A stretch of DNA of 32,000 nt from Propionibacterium freudenreichii subsp. freudenreichii (GCF_000940845.1 NZ_CP010341.1:1590001-1622000); one strand, 5' to 3'; shown: positions 1 through 8,644, numbered from the stretch's first letter. Made by a program: numbers and translations. The notes: a model not told the origin generated them from the sequence alone.

Positions 1-205
1 ACAATTTGTCGGCGACCTCGTCGCGGACGGCAGCCGGCAGGTCAGTCCACTGGCGCGGGTCGTGCTCGCACCTGCTGAACCAATGCGTGGAAATCTGCTT
101 GGCGCGGAAGGCCGGCAGTCCGAGTGCCCTGACCGCCTCGATGCGCTCATCGACGCCCAGGTCCATCCAGTGCTTGGGGGGACGTCGCCCCGGACCGGTC
201 GACAT
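1..205 (-). CDS. rlmN: RlmN radical-SAM rRNA/tRNA adenine-C2 methyltransferase, N-terminal fragment (gene continues past the left edge)
   Basis: Absent from the ORF track because no stop lies in the window. My minus-strand translation from ATG at 205 gives MSTGPGRRPPKHWMDLGVDERIEAVRALGLPAFRAKQISTHWFSRCEHDPRQWTDLPAAVRDEVADKL. This has the PPKH..DL and FRAKQ..HWF N-terminal region typical of RlmN. It lies directly downstream of cdsA, as in other Actinomycetota. An in-frame GTG at 235 is an alternative start. Confidence 0.75.
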   Translation of the reverse strand, partial: MSTGPGRRPPKHWMDLGVDERIEAVRALGLPAFRAKQISTHWFSRCEHDPRQWTDLPAAVRDEVADKL

Positions 206-240
206 GATCTCGTCAATGGTTCGGGCGCTCTGCACAGTAC

Positions 241-1086
241 TCACACGATCAAAACGTACATCACGAGCCAAGCGGCGGGCGCGGCAGCGAGCAGGGAGTC
301 GAGCCGATCCATGACGCCACCGTGGCCGGGCAGCACATGACTCATGTCCTTGATGCCGGCATCGCGCTTGATCGCCGATTCGACCAGATCGCCCACGACG
401 CCGCAGCAGCCCGCGACCAGGCCCAGCAGCAGGCCCACCCAGGCCGGGGCGTGCAGCAATCCGTGCACGGCCAGCGCGCACAGCACCATGGCTGTCACGA
501 TGCCTCCGGCGAAGCCCTCCCAGCTCTTGGCCGGGGAGATCCTGGGCGCCATCTTGTGCTTGCCGAACAACACCCCGACCACATAGGCACCGGTGTCGGA
601 CGCGATGGGTGCCAACAGGAAGCAGAAGATGCGTGCCACCCCGCTGCTGCCCGCCAACATGAGGGCCACCGTGGAGCCCAGCAGCGGCAGATAGCCGATG
701 ACGAACAGGCTTGCCGCTGCGTCGCGCACGAAGTCCTGCGTGCCGCGGGGAATGCGCCAGAACAGGGCGACGATGACCATGAGCGCAAGCCCGCCCACGA
801 TGAATCCCAGGGCGCTCTCCGGTTCGCCGGACCCCTGACCCACGGCATAGGAGCCAATCATCACGATGGGCGTGCCCACCAGAATGGGCCAGCGCGCCGG
901 GTGCATGTCCAGCTTCTCGAGGGCGTTGCAGACCTCCCAGACGCCCAGGGCCAGCGCGAGCGCCACGAACAGGGCGAAGCCCCAGTTCCACCACAGCAGG
1001 GTGGCGACGACCACCGCACCGAGGATCACCCCGGTGGTGATGGCCGCCGGCAGATTGCGCCCGGGGCTGCGCTTGGCCGCCGACAC
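241..1086 (-). CDS. cdsA: phosphatidate cytidylyltransferase (CDP-diglyceride synthase)
   Basis: 281-aa polytopic membrane ORF with the CdsA C-terminal signature region (SDTGAYVVGVLFGKHKMAPRISPAKSWEG ... GDLVESAIKRDAGIKDMSHVLPGHGGVMDRLDS). The GTG start at 1086 is preceded by GAGG overlapping the frr stop. The frr-cdsA-rlmN order is conserved. Confidence 0.92.
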   Translation of the reverse strand: MSAAKRSPGRNLPAAITTGVILGAVVVATLLWWNWGFALFVALALALGVWEVCNALEKLDMHPARWPILVGTPIVMIGSYAVGQGSGEPESALGFIVGGLALMVIVALFWRIPRGTQDFVRDAAASLFVIGYLPLLGSTVALMLAGSSGVARIFCFLLAPIASDTGAYVVGVLFGKHKMAPRISPAKSWEGFAGGIVTAMVLCALAVHGLLHAPAWVGLLLGLVAGCCGVVGDLVESAIKRDAGIKDMSHVLPGHGGVMDRLDSLLAAAPAAWLVMYVLIV

Positions 1087-1094
1087 CGTCTACC

Positions 1095-1652
1095 TCAGAC
1101 AGCCAGCAATTCGGCCTCTTTGGCCTTGAGCAGCTCGTCGACCAACTCGGTGTACTTCTTGGTCACCGCGTCCAGCTGCTTCTCGGAGACGCGCGCGTCG
1201 TCCTCGCCGATCTCCTTGTCCTTCTCCTGGGCCTTGATGGCGTCCATCCCGCGGCGACGGTGCCCGCGAATGGCGATCTTGGCGTCCTCGGCCTTGGTGC
1301 GCACGATCTTGATGTATTCCTTGCGGCGCTCCTCGGTGAGCTCGGGCAGCACGGCGCGGATGGCATTGCCGTCACTGGCCGGATTGACGCCCAGATCGGA
1401 GTCGCGCACCGCCTTCTCGATGGCTCCCAGTGCCCCCTTGTCGTAGGGGGTGATGAGCATGGTGCGCGGGTCGGGCGAGCTGAAACTGGCCAGCTGCTGG
1501 ATCGGGGTGGGGACGCCGTAGTACTCGGCCTCGAGCTTTTCGAACATCGCCGGGTTCGCCCGGCCGGTGCGCACGCCGGAGAAGTCCTCCTTGGCGAAGT
1601 CGATGGCCCCCTGCATCTTCTTCTCGGCGCTCTTGATGATGTCGCTTGTCAC
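1095..1652 (-). CDS. frr: ribosome recycling factor
   Basis: Frr sequence throughout (IIKSAEKKMQGAIDFAKEDFSGVRTGRANPAMFEKL ... ). The track ORF extends to 1715. GTG at 1652 lies 5 nt after GGGAG and gives the canonical 185 aa. Confidence 0.95.
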   Translation of the reverse strand: MTSDIIKSAEKKMQGAIDFAKEDFSGVRTGRANPAMFEKLEAEYYGVPTPIQQLASFSSPDPRTMLITPYDKGALGAIEKAVRDSDLGVNPASDGNAIRAVLPELTEERRKEYIKIVRTKAEDAKIAIRGHRRRGMDAIKAQEKDKEIGEDDARVSEKQLDAVTKKYTELVDELLKAKEAELLAV

Positions 1653-1724
1653 TTCTACTCCCTTGAGAACAACGAATATGGCTGATGGCCGCACTCCATG
1701 GGACACAGGGCCCATGGTGGCGTG

Positions 1725-2438
1725 TCAGTAATGCACGAGCGTGCCGATCTTCTCCCCCCGCACGGCCCTCATGATGTTGTCGGGGTCGTCCATGTTGAAG
1801 AAGATCATGTTCAGCTGGTTGTCGCGGGCCAGGCTGACCGCAGTGGCGTCGGCCACCTTGAGGTCCTTGGCCAGGAACTCGTCGTAGGACAAGTCGTCGT
1901 AGAGGTGCGCATCGGCGTTCGTGCGGGGATCTGAGTCGTACACCCCTTCGACACCGTTCTTGGCCATCAGCAGGACCTCGGCGCCGATCTCCAGCGCGCG
2001 CTGGGCGGCGACGGTGTCGGTGGAGAAATAGGGCATTCCGGATCCGGCCCCGAAGATGACGACCCGTCCCTTTTCGAGGTGGCGCTCGGCGCGGCGCGGA
2101 ATATAGGGCTCGGCGACCTGCCCCATCGTGATGGCGGTCTGCACCCGTGTGGCCACTCCCTCCTTCTCGCAGAAGTCCTGGAGGGCCAGCGAATTCATCA
2201 CGGTGCCGAGCATGCCCATGTAGTCGGCGCGATCGCGGTCCATGCCGCCCTTCTGCAGCTCAACACCGCGGAAGTAGTTCCCACCGCCGACCACGATGGC
2301 CACCTGGGTGCCGGCTTCGGTGACCTTGACGATCTGCTTGGCAATCGCATTGACGGTCACGGGGTCGACGCCCAGACCTCCATTGCCGAATGCCTCGCCC
2401 GAGAGCTTGAGCAATACGCGATGGAATGGTTCGGCCAC
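1725..2438 (-). CDS. pyrH: UMP kinase
   Basis: UMP kinase motifs are present ([35 protein letters not shown]). The longest ORF reaches GTG 2474. GTG at 2438 sits 5 nt after a perfect AGGAGG (complement of 2444-2449) and gives 237 aa. The start is uncertain by 12 codons. Confidence 0.9.
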   Translation of the reverse strand: MAEPFHRVLLKLSGEAFGNGGLGVDPVTVNAIAKQIVKVTEAGTQVAIVVGGGNYFRGVELQKGGMDRDRADYMGMLGTVMNSLALQDFCEKEGVATRVQTAITMGQVAEPYIPRRAERHLEKGRVVIFGAGSGMPYFSTDTVAAQRALEIGAEVLLMAKNGVEGVYDSDPRTNADAHLYDDLSYDEFLAKDLKVADATAVSLARDNQLNMIFFNMDDPDNIMRAVRGEKIGTLVHY

Positions 2439-2521
2439 GTCGTCCTCCTGGTTGGGCACCGCACAGTCGTGCACACGACACTCTACCGGCAGCGGGCCCG
2501 GGCGCGCCTGCCGGACGGGCC

Positions 2522-2567
2522 CACTGACAAGACCCCTCCCGGTTTTCCGGAAGGGGTCTTGTCAGTG
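2522..2567 (-). terminator. large hairpin between tsf and pyrH (21-bp stem, one mismatch, 4-nt loop)
   Basis: CACTGACAAGACCCCTCCCGG-TTTT-CCGGAAGGGGTCTTGTCAGTG, read directly. It lies 44 nt downstream of the tsf stop. No U-tract follows on the minus strand, which matches the tract-less terminator type common in high-GC actinobacteria. Confidence 0.55.
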
Positions 2568-2579
2568 ATTAAAGCCGGG

Positions 2580-2599
2580 CGATCGGGCGGGCCCGATCG
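2580..2599 (-). terminator. small GC hairpin immediately after the tsf stop
   Basis: CGATCGG-GCGGGC-CCGATCG (7-bp stem, 6-nt loop), 11 nt downstream of the tsf stop codon. It forms a tandem pair with the 2522-2567 hairpin. Confidence 0.4.
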
Positions 2600-2610
2600 A
2601 TCAGGCCTGC

Positions 2611-3423
2611 TCAGGCGCCGGTGGCGAACCGCTCGAACGCCAGGATCTTCACGCCGTGCTCCTTGGCCAGCTGACCAACGGTCTTCTTCTCATCGTTGAT
2701 TTCGGGCTGCTCGAGCAGGCACTCCTCCTTGTAGAAGGACTTCAGGCGCCCTTCGACGATACGGGGAATGATCTTCTCGGGCTTGCCCTCTTCCTGGGCC
2801 GTCTCCTCGGCAATGCGACGCTCGCGCTCGACGATGTCGGCGGGGACGTCCTCGGGGGAAAGGTAGCTCGGGTTCATCGAGGCGATCTGGAGCGCGACCG
2901 AGTGCACGAAGTCCTCGTCGTCACCCTCCACCGCGACAATGACGCCAACCTGCGGGGGCAGGTCGGGATCGCGGCGGTGCAGGTAGACGTCGATCGTGCC
3001 GGGCACGTACGCCGCGTGGGCGAGTTCGATCTTCTCGCCGATCTTGGCGGCCATGTCGGCCACGGCCTGCTGGATCGTGCGGCCATCGGGCAGCGTGATG
3101 GCCAGGGCCTCATCGAGGCTGGCGGCGGCGGCCTCGTCAACGGCCTTGGCGATCTGGTCGCCCAGCGCGATGAACTCGGCGTTCTTCGCCACGAAGTCGG
3201 TCTCGGAGGCGAGCTGGATCAGCGCGTTGCCGGCGGCAGCGACCAGGCCGTTGGCGGCCTCACGATCGGAGCGCTTCGCGGCCTTGGCCGCACCGCTCAC
3301 GCGGAGCAGCTCGGTGGCCTTCTCGAAGTCGCCCTCGGCCTCGGTGAGCGCCTTCTTGGCGTCCATCATGCCGGCGCCGGTGGCGTCGCGCAGCTTCTTC
3401 ACATCAGTGGCTTTGATTGCCAT
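2611..3423 (-). CDS. tsf: translation elongation factor Ts
   Basis: 270 aa with an EF-Ts N-terminal UBA-like region (MAIKATDVKKLRDATGAGMMDAKKALTEAEGDFEKA) and a dimerisation core. AGGAACGGA lies upstream of the ATG, 38 nt after the rpsB stop (classic rpsB-tsf operon). Confidence 0.96.
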   Translation of the reverse strand: MAIKATDVKKLRDATGAGMMDAKKALTEAEGDFEKATELLRVSGAAKAAKRSDREAANGLVAAAGNALIQLASETDFVAKNAEFIALGDQIAKAVDEAAAASLDEALAITLPDGRTIQQAVADMAAKIGEKIELAHAAYVPGTIDVYLHRRDPDLPPQVGVIVAVEGDDEDFVHSVALQIASMNPSYLSPEDVPADIVERERRIAEETAQEEGKPEKIIPRIVEGRLKSFYKEECLLEQPEINDEKKTVGQLAKEHGVKILAFERFATGA

Positions 3424-3461
3424 ATGTACATCCGTTCCTGGTGATGTCGATGACTGGTTGC

Positions 3462-4439
3462 TCAGTTGGCCTGGGCGGGCTTTTCCTCGGTGGCGGGGGC
3501 TGCCTCGGCAGGCTTGGGGGCCTCAGGGGCGGGCGTCGCCGCGGCGGGCTTGGGGGCCTCGGCGGCCTTCTCGGCCTCCTTGGCGTCCTCGGCCTGCACC
3601 GCATCGGTCACCTCGGCGTTGAGCTCGCCGGCCTGCTCGTCGGTCTGCTCGGTCTTCTCGGCCTTTTCGCCCGACTCCAGCAGTTCCTTCTCCCACTCGG
3701 CCATCGGCTCGGCGGCGGCACCCTCGGTGCCGTCGGCCTGGTTCTTGGCCTGGCGGGCCACGAGTCCCTCGGCGCAGGCGTCGGCGATGATGCGGGTGAG
3801 CAGCGCAACCGAGCGAATGGCGTCGTCATTGCCCGGAATCGGGTAGTCGACCTCATCGGGGTCACAGTTGGTGTCCAGGATGGCGACCACCGGGATGTGC
3901 AGCTTGCGCGCCTCGTCGACGGCCAGGTGCTCCTTGTTGGTGTCAATGATCCAGACGGCCTGCGGGACCTTGGCCATGTCGCGGATACCACCCAGCGACT
4001 TCTCCAGCTTGGTCTTCTCGCGCGAGAAGCCGAGGAGTTCCTTCTTGGTGAATCCACCGGGCTGGACGGTCTCGAGGTCCATGGCCTCAAGTTCCTTCAG
4101 CCGCGCGATGCGCTTGCTGATGGTCTGGAAGTTGGTGAGCATTCCGCCCAGCCAACGCTGATCGACGTAGGGCATGCCGACACGGCTGGCCTGCTCGACG
4201 ACGGCCTCCTGGGCCTGCTTCTTCGTGCCCACGAACAGCACCTGGCCGCCCTTGGCGACGGTGTCCTTGACGAAGGCGTAGGCCTTGTCGATGTAGGTGA
4301 GCGACTGACGAAGGTCAATGATGTAGATGCCATTGCGCTCGTTGAAGATGAAGCGCTTCATCTTCGGATTCCAACGGCGGGTCTGGTGTCCGAAGTGGAC
4401 ACCGCTCTCGAGCAGCTGACGCGTAGTAACGACGGCCAT
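3462..4439 (-). CDS. rpsB: 30S ribosomal protein S2 with an acidic/Ala-Pro-rich C-terminal tail
   Basis: S2 core sequence ([39 protein letters not shown] ...). The track ORF starts at 4505. ATG at 4439, preceded by AAAGGAACGAC, gives the canonical N-terminus [10 protein letters not shown] (325 aa). The last ~80 aa (about 3462-3700) are an E/A/K/P low-complexity extension, as in many actinobacterial S2 proteins. Confidence 0.95.
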   Translation of the reverse strand: MAVVTTRQLLESGVHFGHQTRRWNPKMKRFIFNERNGIYIIDLRQSLTYIDKAYAFVKDTVAKGGQVLFVGTKKQAQEAVVEQASRVGMPYVDQRWLGGMLTNFQTISKRIARLKELEAMDLETVQPGGFTKKELLGFSREKTKLEKSLGGIRDMAKVPQAVWIIDTNKEHLAVDEARKLHIPVVAILDTNCDPDEVDYPIPGNDDAIRSVALLTRIIADACAEGLVARQAKNQADGTEGAAAEPMAEWEKELLESGEKAEKTEQTDEQAGELNAEVTDAVQAEDAKEAEKAAEAPKPAAATPAPEAPKPAEAAPATEEKPAQAN

Positions 4440-4461
4440 GGTCGTTCCTTTCATGGTTACC

Positions 4462-4531
4462 GGCATCGGCGAACCGATGCCCCTGATGCGCGCGCCCCGT
4501 GGCACCCCGACGGATCGGGGACCGCGCCACG
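4462..4531 (-). promoter_or_regulatory. structured 5' leader of rpsB (two GC hairpins)
   Basis: GGCATCGG-CGAA-CCGATGCC lies at 4462-4481, 22 nt upstream of the rpsB ATG. A nested hairpin CGTGGC-A-CCCCGA-CGGA-TCGGGG-ACCGC-GCCACG lies at 4498-4531. The structures are palindromic, so they would also form in a plus-strand transcript. Function is inferred only. Confidence 0.3.
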
Positions 4532-4903
4532 ACGCACGACCCCTGCGATGAGGGACCGCCTGCGCGCATGCGAAGTCAGCCCGCGGACGCGGACTGCTCC
4601 CACCAGTTTATGGGTGCGTCGACAAAGTCACCAAACTGCCACCCGGATGCACACGGTGGCGCCACCCGCAGGCAGTTATCCACAATTCCCCCGGCACCGG
4701 TATTTCCACGGCGCGGCAACCACGGTGCAGGCATGGACCACTCATCTGCCGACCGCCGCTCAGCCGATTACCGCTCCCTCGACGAGCTCTCTACCGAGCA
4801 CCATGAGGGACGGCACCGTCCGGGGCGGCATCGTGACCCCGCTGGCCGCGGCGGCCCCTCCACCCGCACCGTGGAGCAGGCCCGGGCCCTACGGATCACC
4901 GGG

Positions 4904-5917
4904 ATGCGACGCCGTGCCTGCGCGGGCCACCCGCTCGGGCCCCCCCGGGCTGCGGTGCGCACCCTGCTCGTCTGCCTGCTGACATGCCTGGCGCTGATGT
5001 GCCCGGTGGGGGCCTGGGCCCAACAGGTCGATGGCGAACTGCGTCAGCTGCTACCGCTCGATGGTCCCGTGAGCCGCGATTTCCGGGCGCCGGACAAGGC
5101 CTGGTCAGCGGGCCATCGAGGAGTTGACCTGTCAGCCAGCGAGGGAACCCCGGTGCGTGCGGCCGCCGCGGGCACGATCAGTCATGTCGGCACGATCGCC
5201 GGCGTGCGGACCGTGTCGGTGACCCATGCGGATGGCCTGCGCACCACCTACCAGCCCGTGGATCCGCAGGTGCGCAAGGGTGAGCGCGTGGCGGTGGGAC
5301 AGGTGATCGGCACGCTGCTGTCGGGCCATGGCCCCACCACGAGCCTGCATTGGGGGCTGTTGCGCGGCAAGGAATACCTGGACCCGATGGAATGGCTGTC
5401 GGGGCGTGCGGAGGGCCGGGTGAGGCTGCTGGCCGGCGGCACGACGGTGAAGCGCCCGGTTCCTGAAGGCTGGTCCGGGCTGATGGAGGCGGGGGTCCAG
5501 ATCCTGAGTCCCTCCGGAACCGCGGTGATGCCGGCCGATGGCCCACTCACCTCGCCGTTCGGGTCACGGACCAATCCGGTGCTCGGCACCACCGAGGTGC
5601 ACGATGGGCTCGATATCGGTGCCCCCTGTGGCGCACCGGTGAGGGCCGCCTGGGCGGGCACGGTGCGCTATTCCTCGGTGATGAGCGGGTTCGGGAACCG
5701 GGTTGAGATCGACCACGGCGGGCAACCCCACGTGGCGGCGGCCAGCTCCTACAACCACATGGCCGATGCGGGTGTGGGCCTGGTGCGGGTCGGGGACCGG
5801 GTGCAGGCGGGCCAGGTGATCGGGCTGGTGGGCACCACCGGACTGTCCACCGGTTGCCACCTGCACTTCTCGACCTATACGGCCGGACGCGCGGTGGATC
5901 CGCGTCCATTCCTGTAG
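4904..5917 (+). CDS. secreted peptidoglycan hydrolase with two tandem M23 (LytM) domains
   Basis: ATG at 4904 opens a signal peptide (MRRRACAGHPLGPPRAAVRTLLVCLLTCLALMCPVGAWA/QQ). Domain 1 has HRGVD (HxxxD) but SLH instead of HxH. Domain 2 has HDGLD and CHLHF (an intact HxH). The 135 codons upstream in the track ORF (4499-4903) have poor third-position GC and precede the signal peptide. 337 aa. Confidence 0.85.
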   Translation: MRRRACAGHPLGPPRAAVRTLLVCLLTCLALMCPVGAWAQQVDGELRQLLPLDGPVSRDFRAPDKAWSAGHRGVDLSASEGTPVRAAAAGTISHVGTIAGVRTVSVTHADGLRTTYQPVDPQVRKGERVAVGQVIGTLLSGHGPTTSLHWGLLRGKEYLDPMEWLSGRAEGRVRLLAGGTTVKRPVPEGWSGLMEAGVQILSPSGTAVMPADGPLTSPFGSRTNPVLGTTEVHDGLDIGAPCGAPVRAAWAGTVRYSSVMSGFGNRVEIDHGGQPHVAAASSYNHMADAGVGLVRVGDRVQAGQVIGLVGTTGLSTGCHLHFSTYTAGRAVDPRPFL

Positions 5918-5919
5918 GT

Positions 5920-5944
5920 GGGCCCGACGATGGCTATCGGGCCC
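5920..5944. terminator. bidirectional hairpin between the convergent M23 peptidase and xerC genes
   Basis: GGGCCCGA-CGATGGCTA-TCGGGCCC (8-bp stem). It starts 3 nt after the peptidase TAG and ends 17 nt before the xerC stop. Confidence 0.5.
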
Positions 5945-5960
5945 CGCGGCCAGCGGGGCA

Positions 5961-6887
5961 TCAGGCCCGGGGAAAGGCCTGCTTGTACGCCGCACGAACT
6001 CGTTCGTCGCTCACATGGGTGTAGATCTGCGTGGTGCTCAGCGAGGCATGGCCCAGCATCTCCTGCACGCTGCGCAGGTCGGCTCCCCCCTCGAGCAGGT
6101 GGGTGGCCATGGCGTGGCGCAATCCGTGGGGTCCGATATCGGGGGCCTCGGGAACCGCACGCATCGACTCATGCACCACCCGGCGCACGACCCGCTGGTT
6201 GATGCGCCCTCCCCGCGTGCCCAGGAACAGCGCATTGGCCGATGCGGGTGCGACCCACTGGTCGCGTACCGCGCGCCAGGCTTCGATGGCCCTGAGTCCG
6301 GGCAGCCCCAGCGGCACGATCCGCTCCTTGTCCCCCTTTCCGATCACCCGCACCAGGCCCCGGGCCTCGTCGAGGTCGCCCACATCGAGGCCACACAGCT
6401 CGCTGACCCGCAGGCCCGAGCCGTACAGCGTCTCGAGGATGGCGACATCGCGCAGGCCACGGACCCCACCGGCCTCGGCAGCGGCGGCAGCCGCCGCGTC
6501 CATCAGCTCACGCACCTCGGTCTGGGTGAGGGTCTGGGGCAGGCGACGTCCCAGCTTGGGGGAACGCAGTCCGGCGGCGGGGTCGGTGCCGAGGCGGCCG
6601 GTCTCGCGGGCCCAGCCGAAGAAGACCCGGGCGGTGCCGGCGCGGCGCGCCACCGTGGCAGGGGCCTCGCTCGCCTGCTGGGAGGCCAACCAGCGGCGCA
6701 GGTCCGTGAGTCGCACGTGATCCGGATCGTGGACTCCCCTGCCCTGCAGGAACAGCGCCAGCTCCCTGAGGTCGGTGAGATAGGCCCGTTCGGTGTTGGC
6801 CGAGCGACGACGTTGGAGGCGCAGGTAGTCGGCGAACAGGCCGGCGTCCCGGACCCATCCGGTCGGCATCCTTCCCGCGTCATCCAT
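5961..6887 (-). CDS. xerC: site-specific tyrosine recombinase XerC/XerD family
   Basis: N-terminal SAM-like domain (FADYLRLQRRRSANTERAYLTDLRELALFL). Catalytic region has R..., HGLRHAMATHLLEGGADLRSVQEMLGHASLSTTQIYTHV. ATG at 6887 (308 aa) lies 7 nt downstream of a TATACT -10 box. The track ORF extension to 7028 is not supported. No att repeats or phage genes are nearby. Confidence 0.85.
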   Translation of the reverse strand: MDDAGRMPTGWVRDAGLFADYLRLQRRRSANTERAYLTDLRELALFLQGRGVHDPDHVRLTDLRRWLASQQASEAPATVARRAGTARVFFGWARETGRLGTDPAAGLRSPKLGRRLPQTLTQTEVRELMDAAAAAAAEAGGVRGLRDVAILETLYGSGLRVSELCGLDVGDLDEARGLVRVIGKGDKERIVPLGLPGLRAIEAWRAVRDQWVAPASANALFLGTRGGRINQRVVRRVVHESMRAVPEAPDIGPHGLRHAMATHLLEGGADLRSVQEMLGHASLSTTQIYTHVSDERVRAAYKQAFPRA

Positions 6888-6894
6888 CTGGTTG

Positions 6895-6900
6895 AGTATA
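6895..6900 (-). promoter_or_regulatory. -10 box TATACT, 7 nt upstream of the xerC ATG (leaderless geometry)
   Basis: The minus strand reads TTTATACTCAACCAGATG. It matches the TAnnnT consensus of actinobacterial -10 elements. No Shine-Dalgarno is possible in the 7-nt gap. Confidence 0.5.
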
Positions 6901-7046
6901 AATTGTTGCTGGTGCGCCGGGAGTGTCCCGCGCCGGCCGATCGGATCGATCCGCGGTGGTCCACAGGATCCCGTGGACGATCCGGGGACGGCGGTCGCGA
7001 TCAGCGGCGATGAGCAGGCGATGAGCAAGAGCTACGAGGAGAGACT

Positions 7047-7667
7047 ATGAAGAGCCCGGCCGAGTGGGCAGTCAATGGCAAGGTGCTGCGAATCACCCGC
7101 TGGGATGAGTCGATCATGCGGAGCCAGACGCGTCCGGTGACCACTTTCGACGACACCTTGGCGCAGCTGATCGCGGACATGTTCAAGACGATGGCCGCTG
7201 CCGATGGCGTGGGCCTGGCCGCCCCGCAGGTGGACAGCGACCTGGCCCTGTTCGTCTTCAACTGCCCCGATATCCACGACAAGCTCGTCTACGGCGTGAT
7301 GTGCAATCCCGTCGTCACCCTGCCGGAGGGCAAGGACCGCCACCTGGTGTCGGCGCAGGAGGGTTGCCTGTCCTGGCCGGGTGCCTACCAGTCGTTGGCA
7401 CGCCCGGACTTCGCCGTCTGTGAGGGCCAGGACGAGACGGGGGCCCCGGTGCGCGTTGAGGGAACGGGATTGTTGGCACGCTGCCTGCAGCATGAAACCG
7501 ATCACCTGCACGGCACCGTCTTCGGCGACCGACTCTCGAAGCGGGCGCGACGCCGGCTGGACCAGGAGAAGGAAGAGCTCGCCCCGCTGTATCCCGCCGA
7601 CTGGCCGGTGCACCCGAAGATCGCTCCCAGTCAGGTGCCGACCGAGCCGGTCACTCCCACTGAATGA
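7047..7667 (+). CDS. def: peptide deformylase
   Basis: All three PDF motifs are present: GVGLAAPQV, EGCLSWPG, HETDHL. GAGGAGAG Shine-Dalgarno lies before ATG 7047. Confidence 0.93.
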   Translation: MKSPAEWAVNGKVLRITRWDESIMRSQTRPVTTFDDTLAQLIADMFKTMAAADGVGLAAPQVDSDLALFVFNCPDIHDKLVYGVMCNPVVTLPEGKDRHLVSAQEGCLSWPGAYQSLARPDFAVCEGQDETGAPVRVEGTGLLARCLQHETDHLHGTVFGDRLSKRARRRLDQEKEELAPLYPADWPVHPKIAPSQVPTEPVTPTE

Positions 7668-7700
7668 CCCGATCGCGGCATCGCCCGTGCGCCGCGACGT

Positions 7701-8510
7701 TCAGGGGCGCAGCGCGTAGCAGGCGACCGCGGCCGCTGCCGCGACATTGAGCGAGTCGATGCCGTGTGCCATGGGGATGCGTACTGCGGCATCGGCCTGG
7801 CTGATCCAGTGCCCGGACAGGCCGGCACCCTCAGTACCCATCAGGATCGCCAGCTTCCCGGGCCGGGCGCGCATCCGGGCGGCGAACTCGTCGAGCCCCA
7901 CGGCGTCGTCACGCAGGGCCAGGGCGGCCACCGTGAAGCCGGCCCGTTGCAGGGTGGCCAGACCGTCCCGCCAGTCGTCCATGCGCGCCCAGGGCATCGA
8001 GAACACCGACCCCATGCTGGTCTTGATGGCGCGTCGGTAGAGCGGATCGGCAGCCCTGGGCGCGAGCAGGACCCCGTCCCACCCCAGACCCGCTGCACAG
8101 CGGATGATCGCCCCCACGTTGGTGTGGTCCACGATGTCCTCGCACACGACCAGCCGATCCATGGCCAGCAGGTCGTGCATCGACCAGGCGATGATCCGCT
8201 TGAACGAGGCCAGCGCGCCGCGATGCACGTGGAAGCCGGTGATCTGTTCGGCCAGGTCCTCACTCACCACGTAGACCGGCGCATCGGTGGCATCCAGCAC
8301 ATCGCGCAGCCCGTCGATCCAGCGCGGCGCCAGGAGGAAGGACCGCGGCTGGTAGCCGGCCTGAGCGGCCCGATGGATGATCTTGTCGCCCTCGGCAATG
8401 AACAACCCGTGCTCGGCCTCCAGGGACTTGCGCAGGTTCACGTCCCGCAATCTGACGAAATCACCCAGGCGCTCGTCATGGGCGTCATCGATCTGGATCA
8501 GCGTGGCCAC
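7701..8510 (-). CDS. TrmH/SpoU-family RNA 2'-O-methyltransferase
   Basis: 269 aa with a SpoU-type C-terminal methylase domain (VVCEDIVDHTNVGAIIRCAAGLGWDGVLL ... LAILMGTEGAGLS ... VRIPMAHGIDSLNVAAAAAVACY). GTG start at 8510. Confidence 0.85.
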   Translation of the reverse strand: MATLIQIDDAHDERLGDFVRLRDVNLRKSLEAEHGLFIAEGDKIIHRAAQAGYQPRSFLLAPRWIDGLRDVLDATDAPVYVVSEDLAEQITGFHVHRGALASFKRIIAWSMHDLLAMDRLVVCEDIVDHTNVGAIIRCAAGLGWDGVLLAPRAADPLYRRAIKTSMGSVFSMPWARMDDWRDGLATLQRAGFTVAALALRDDAVGLDEFAARMRARPGKLAILMGTEGAGLSGHWISQADAAVRIPMAHGIDSLNVAAAAAVACYALRP

Positions 8511-8516
8511 CCGGTA

Positions 8517-8522
8517 AGGCTA
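8517..8522 (-). promoter_or_regulatory. -10 box TAGCCT, 6 nt upstream of the TrmH-family GTG (leaderless geometry)
   Basis: The minus strand reads GACTAGCCTTACCGGGTG. TAnnnT match. Confidence 0.45.
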
Positions 8523-8638
8523 GTCGCGCCACACACCGGGCGCCGCGACGCCACGGATGAACGGCCCCCATCGACCTCCGCGGCCAGGGGGTTCCCGGGC
8601 CGATGCGCCGGACCGGGCCACGGCAGGGCCGATCTCCC

Positions 8639-8644
8639 TAGAAT
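8639..8644 (+). promoter_or_regulatory. -10 box TAGAAT in front of the symporter gene
   Basis: CTCCCTAGAATGTGCCCGTGAGC. The GTG at 8645 abuts the box. The in-frame GTG at 8651 lies 6 nt downstream and is the better leaderless start. Confidence 0.5.

Noticed and set aside
4676-4684. Exact E. coli-type DnaA box TTATCCACA
   Set aside because: It is a single copy with no cluster of boxes, no AT-rich unwinding element and no dnaA/dnaN context. A single 9-mer hit in 64 kb of two-strand sequence is not far from chance expectation. It is mentioned only as part of the long-spacer finding.
4499-4903. 135-codon N-terminal extension of the M23 peptidase ORF
   Set aside because: About a quarter of its codons end in A or T, against roughly a tenth in real genes here. 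It precedes, rather than contains, the signal peptide, which starts at ATG 4904. It also overlaps the rpsB leader hairpins.
3417-4982. 521-aa plus-strand ORF covering rpsB and the following spacer
   Set aside because: It is antisense to an unmistakable S2 gene. The product is G/L/R/A low-complexity, typical of GC-driven shadow frames. The same applies to the nested ORFs 3466-3846, 3608-4090 and 3868-4161.
5961-7028. Tyrosine recombinase as a marker of an integrated mobile element
   Set aside because: The sequence is XerC/XerD-like (chromosome dimer resolution). The flanks are housekeeping genes (def, rpsB region). There is no tRNA, direct-repeat att sites, GC shift or phage or transposon genes. 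The 5' 47 codons of the track ORF are also rejected in favour of ATG 6887.
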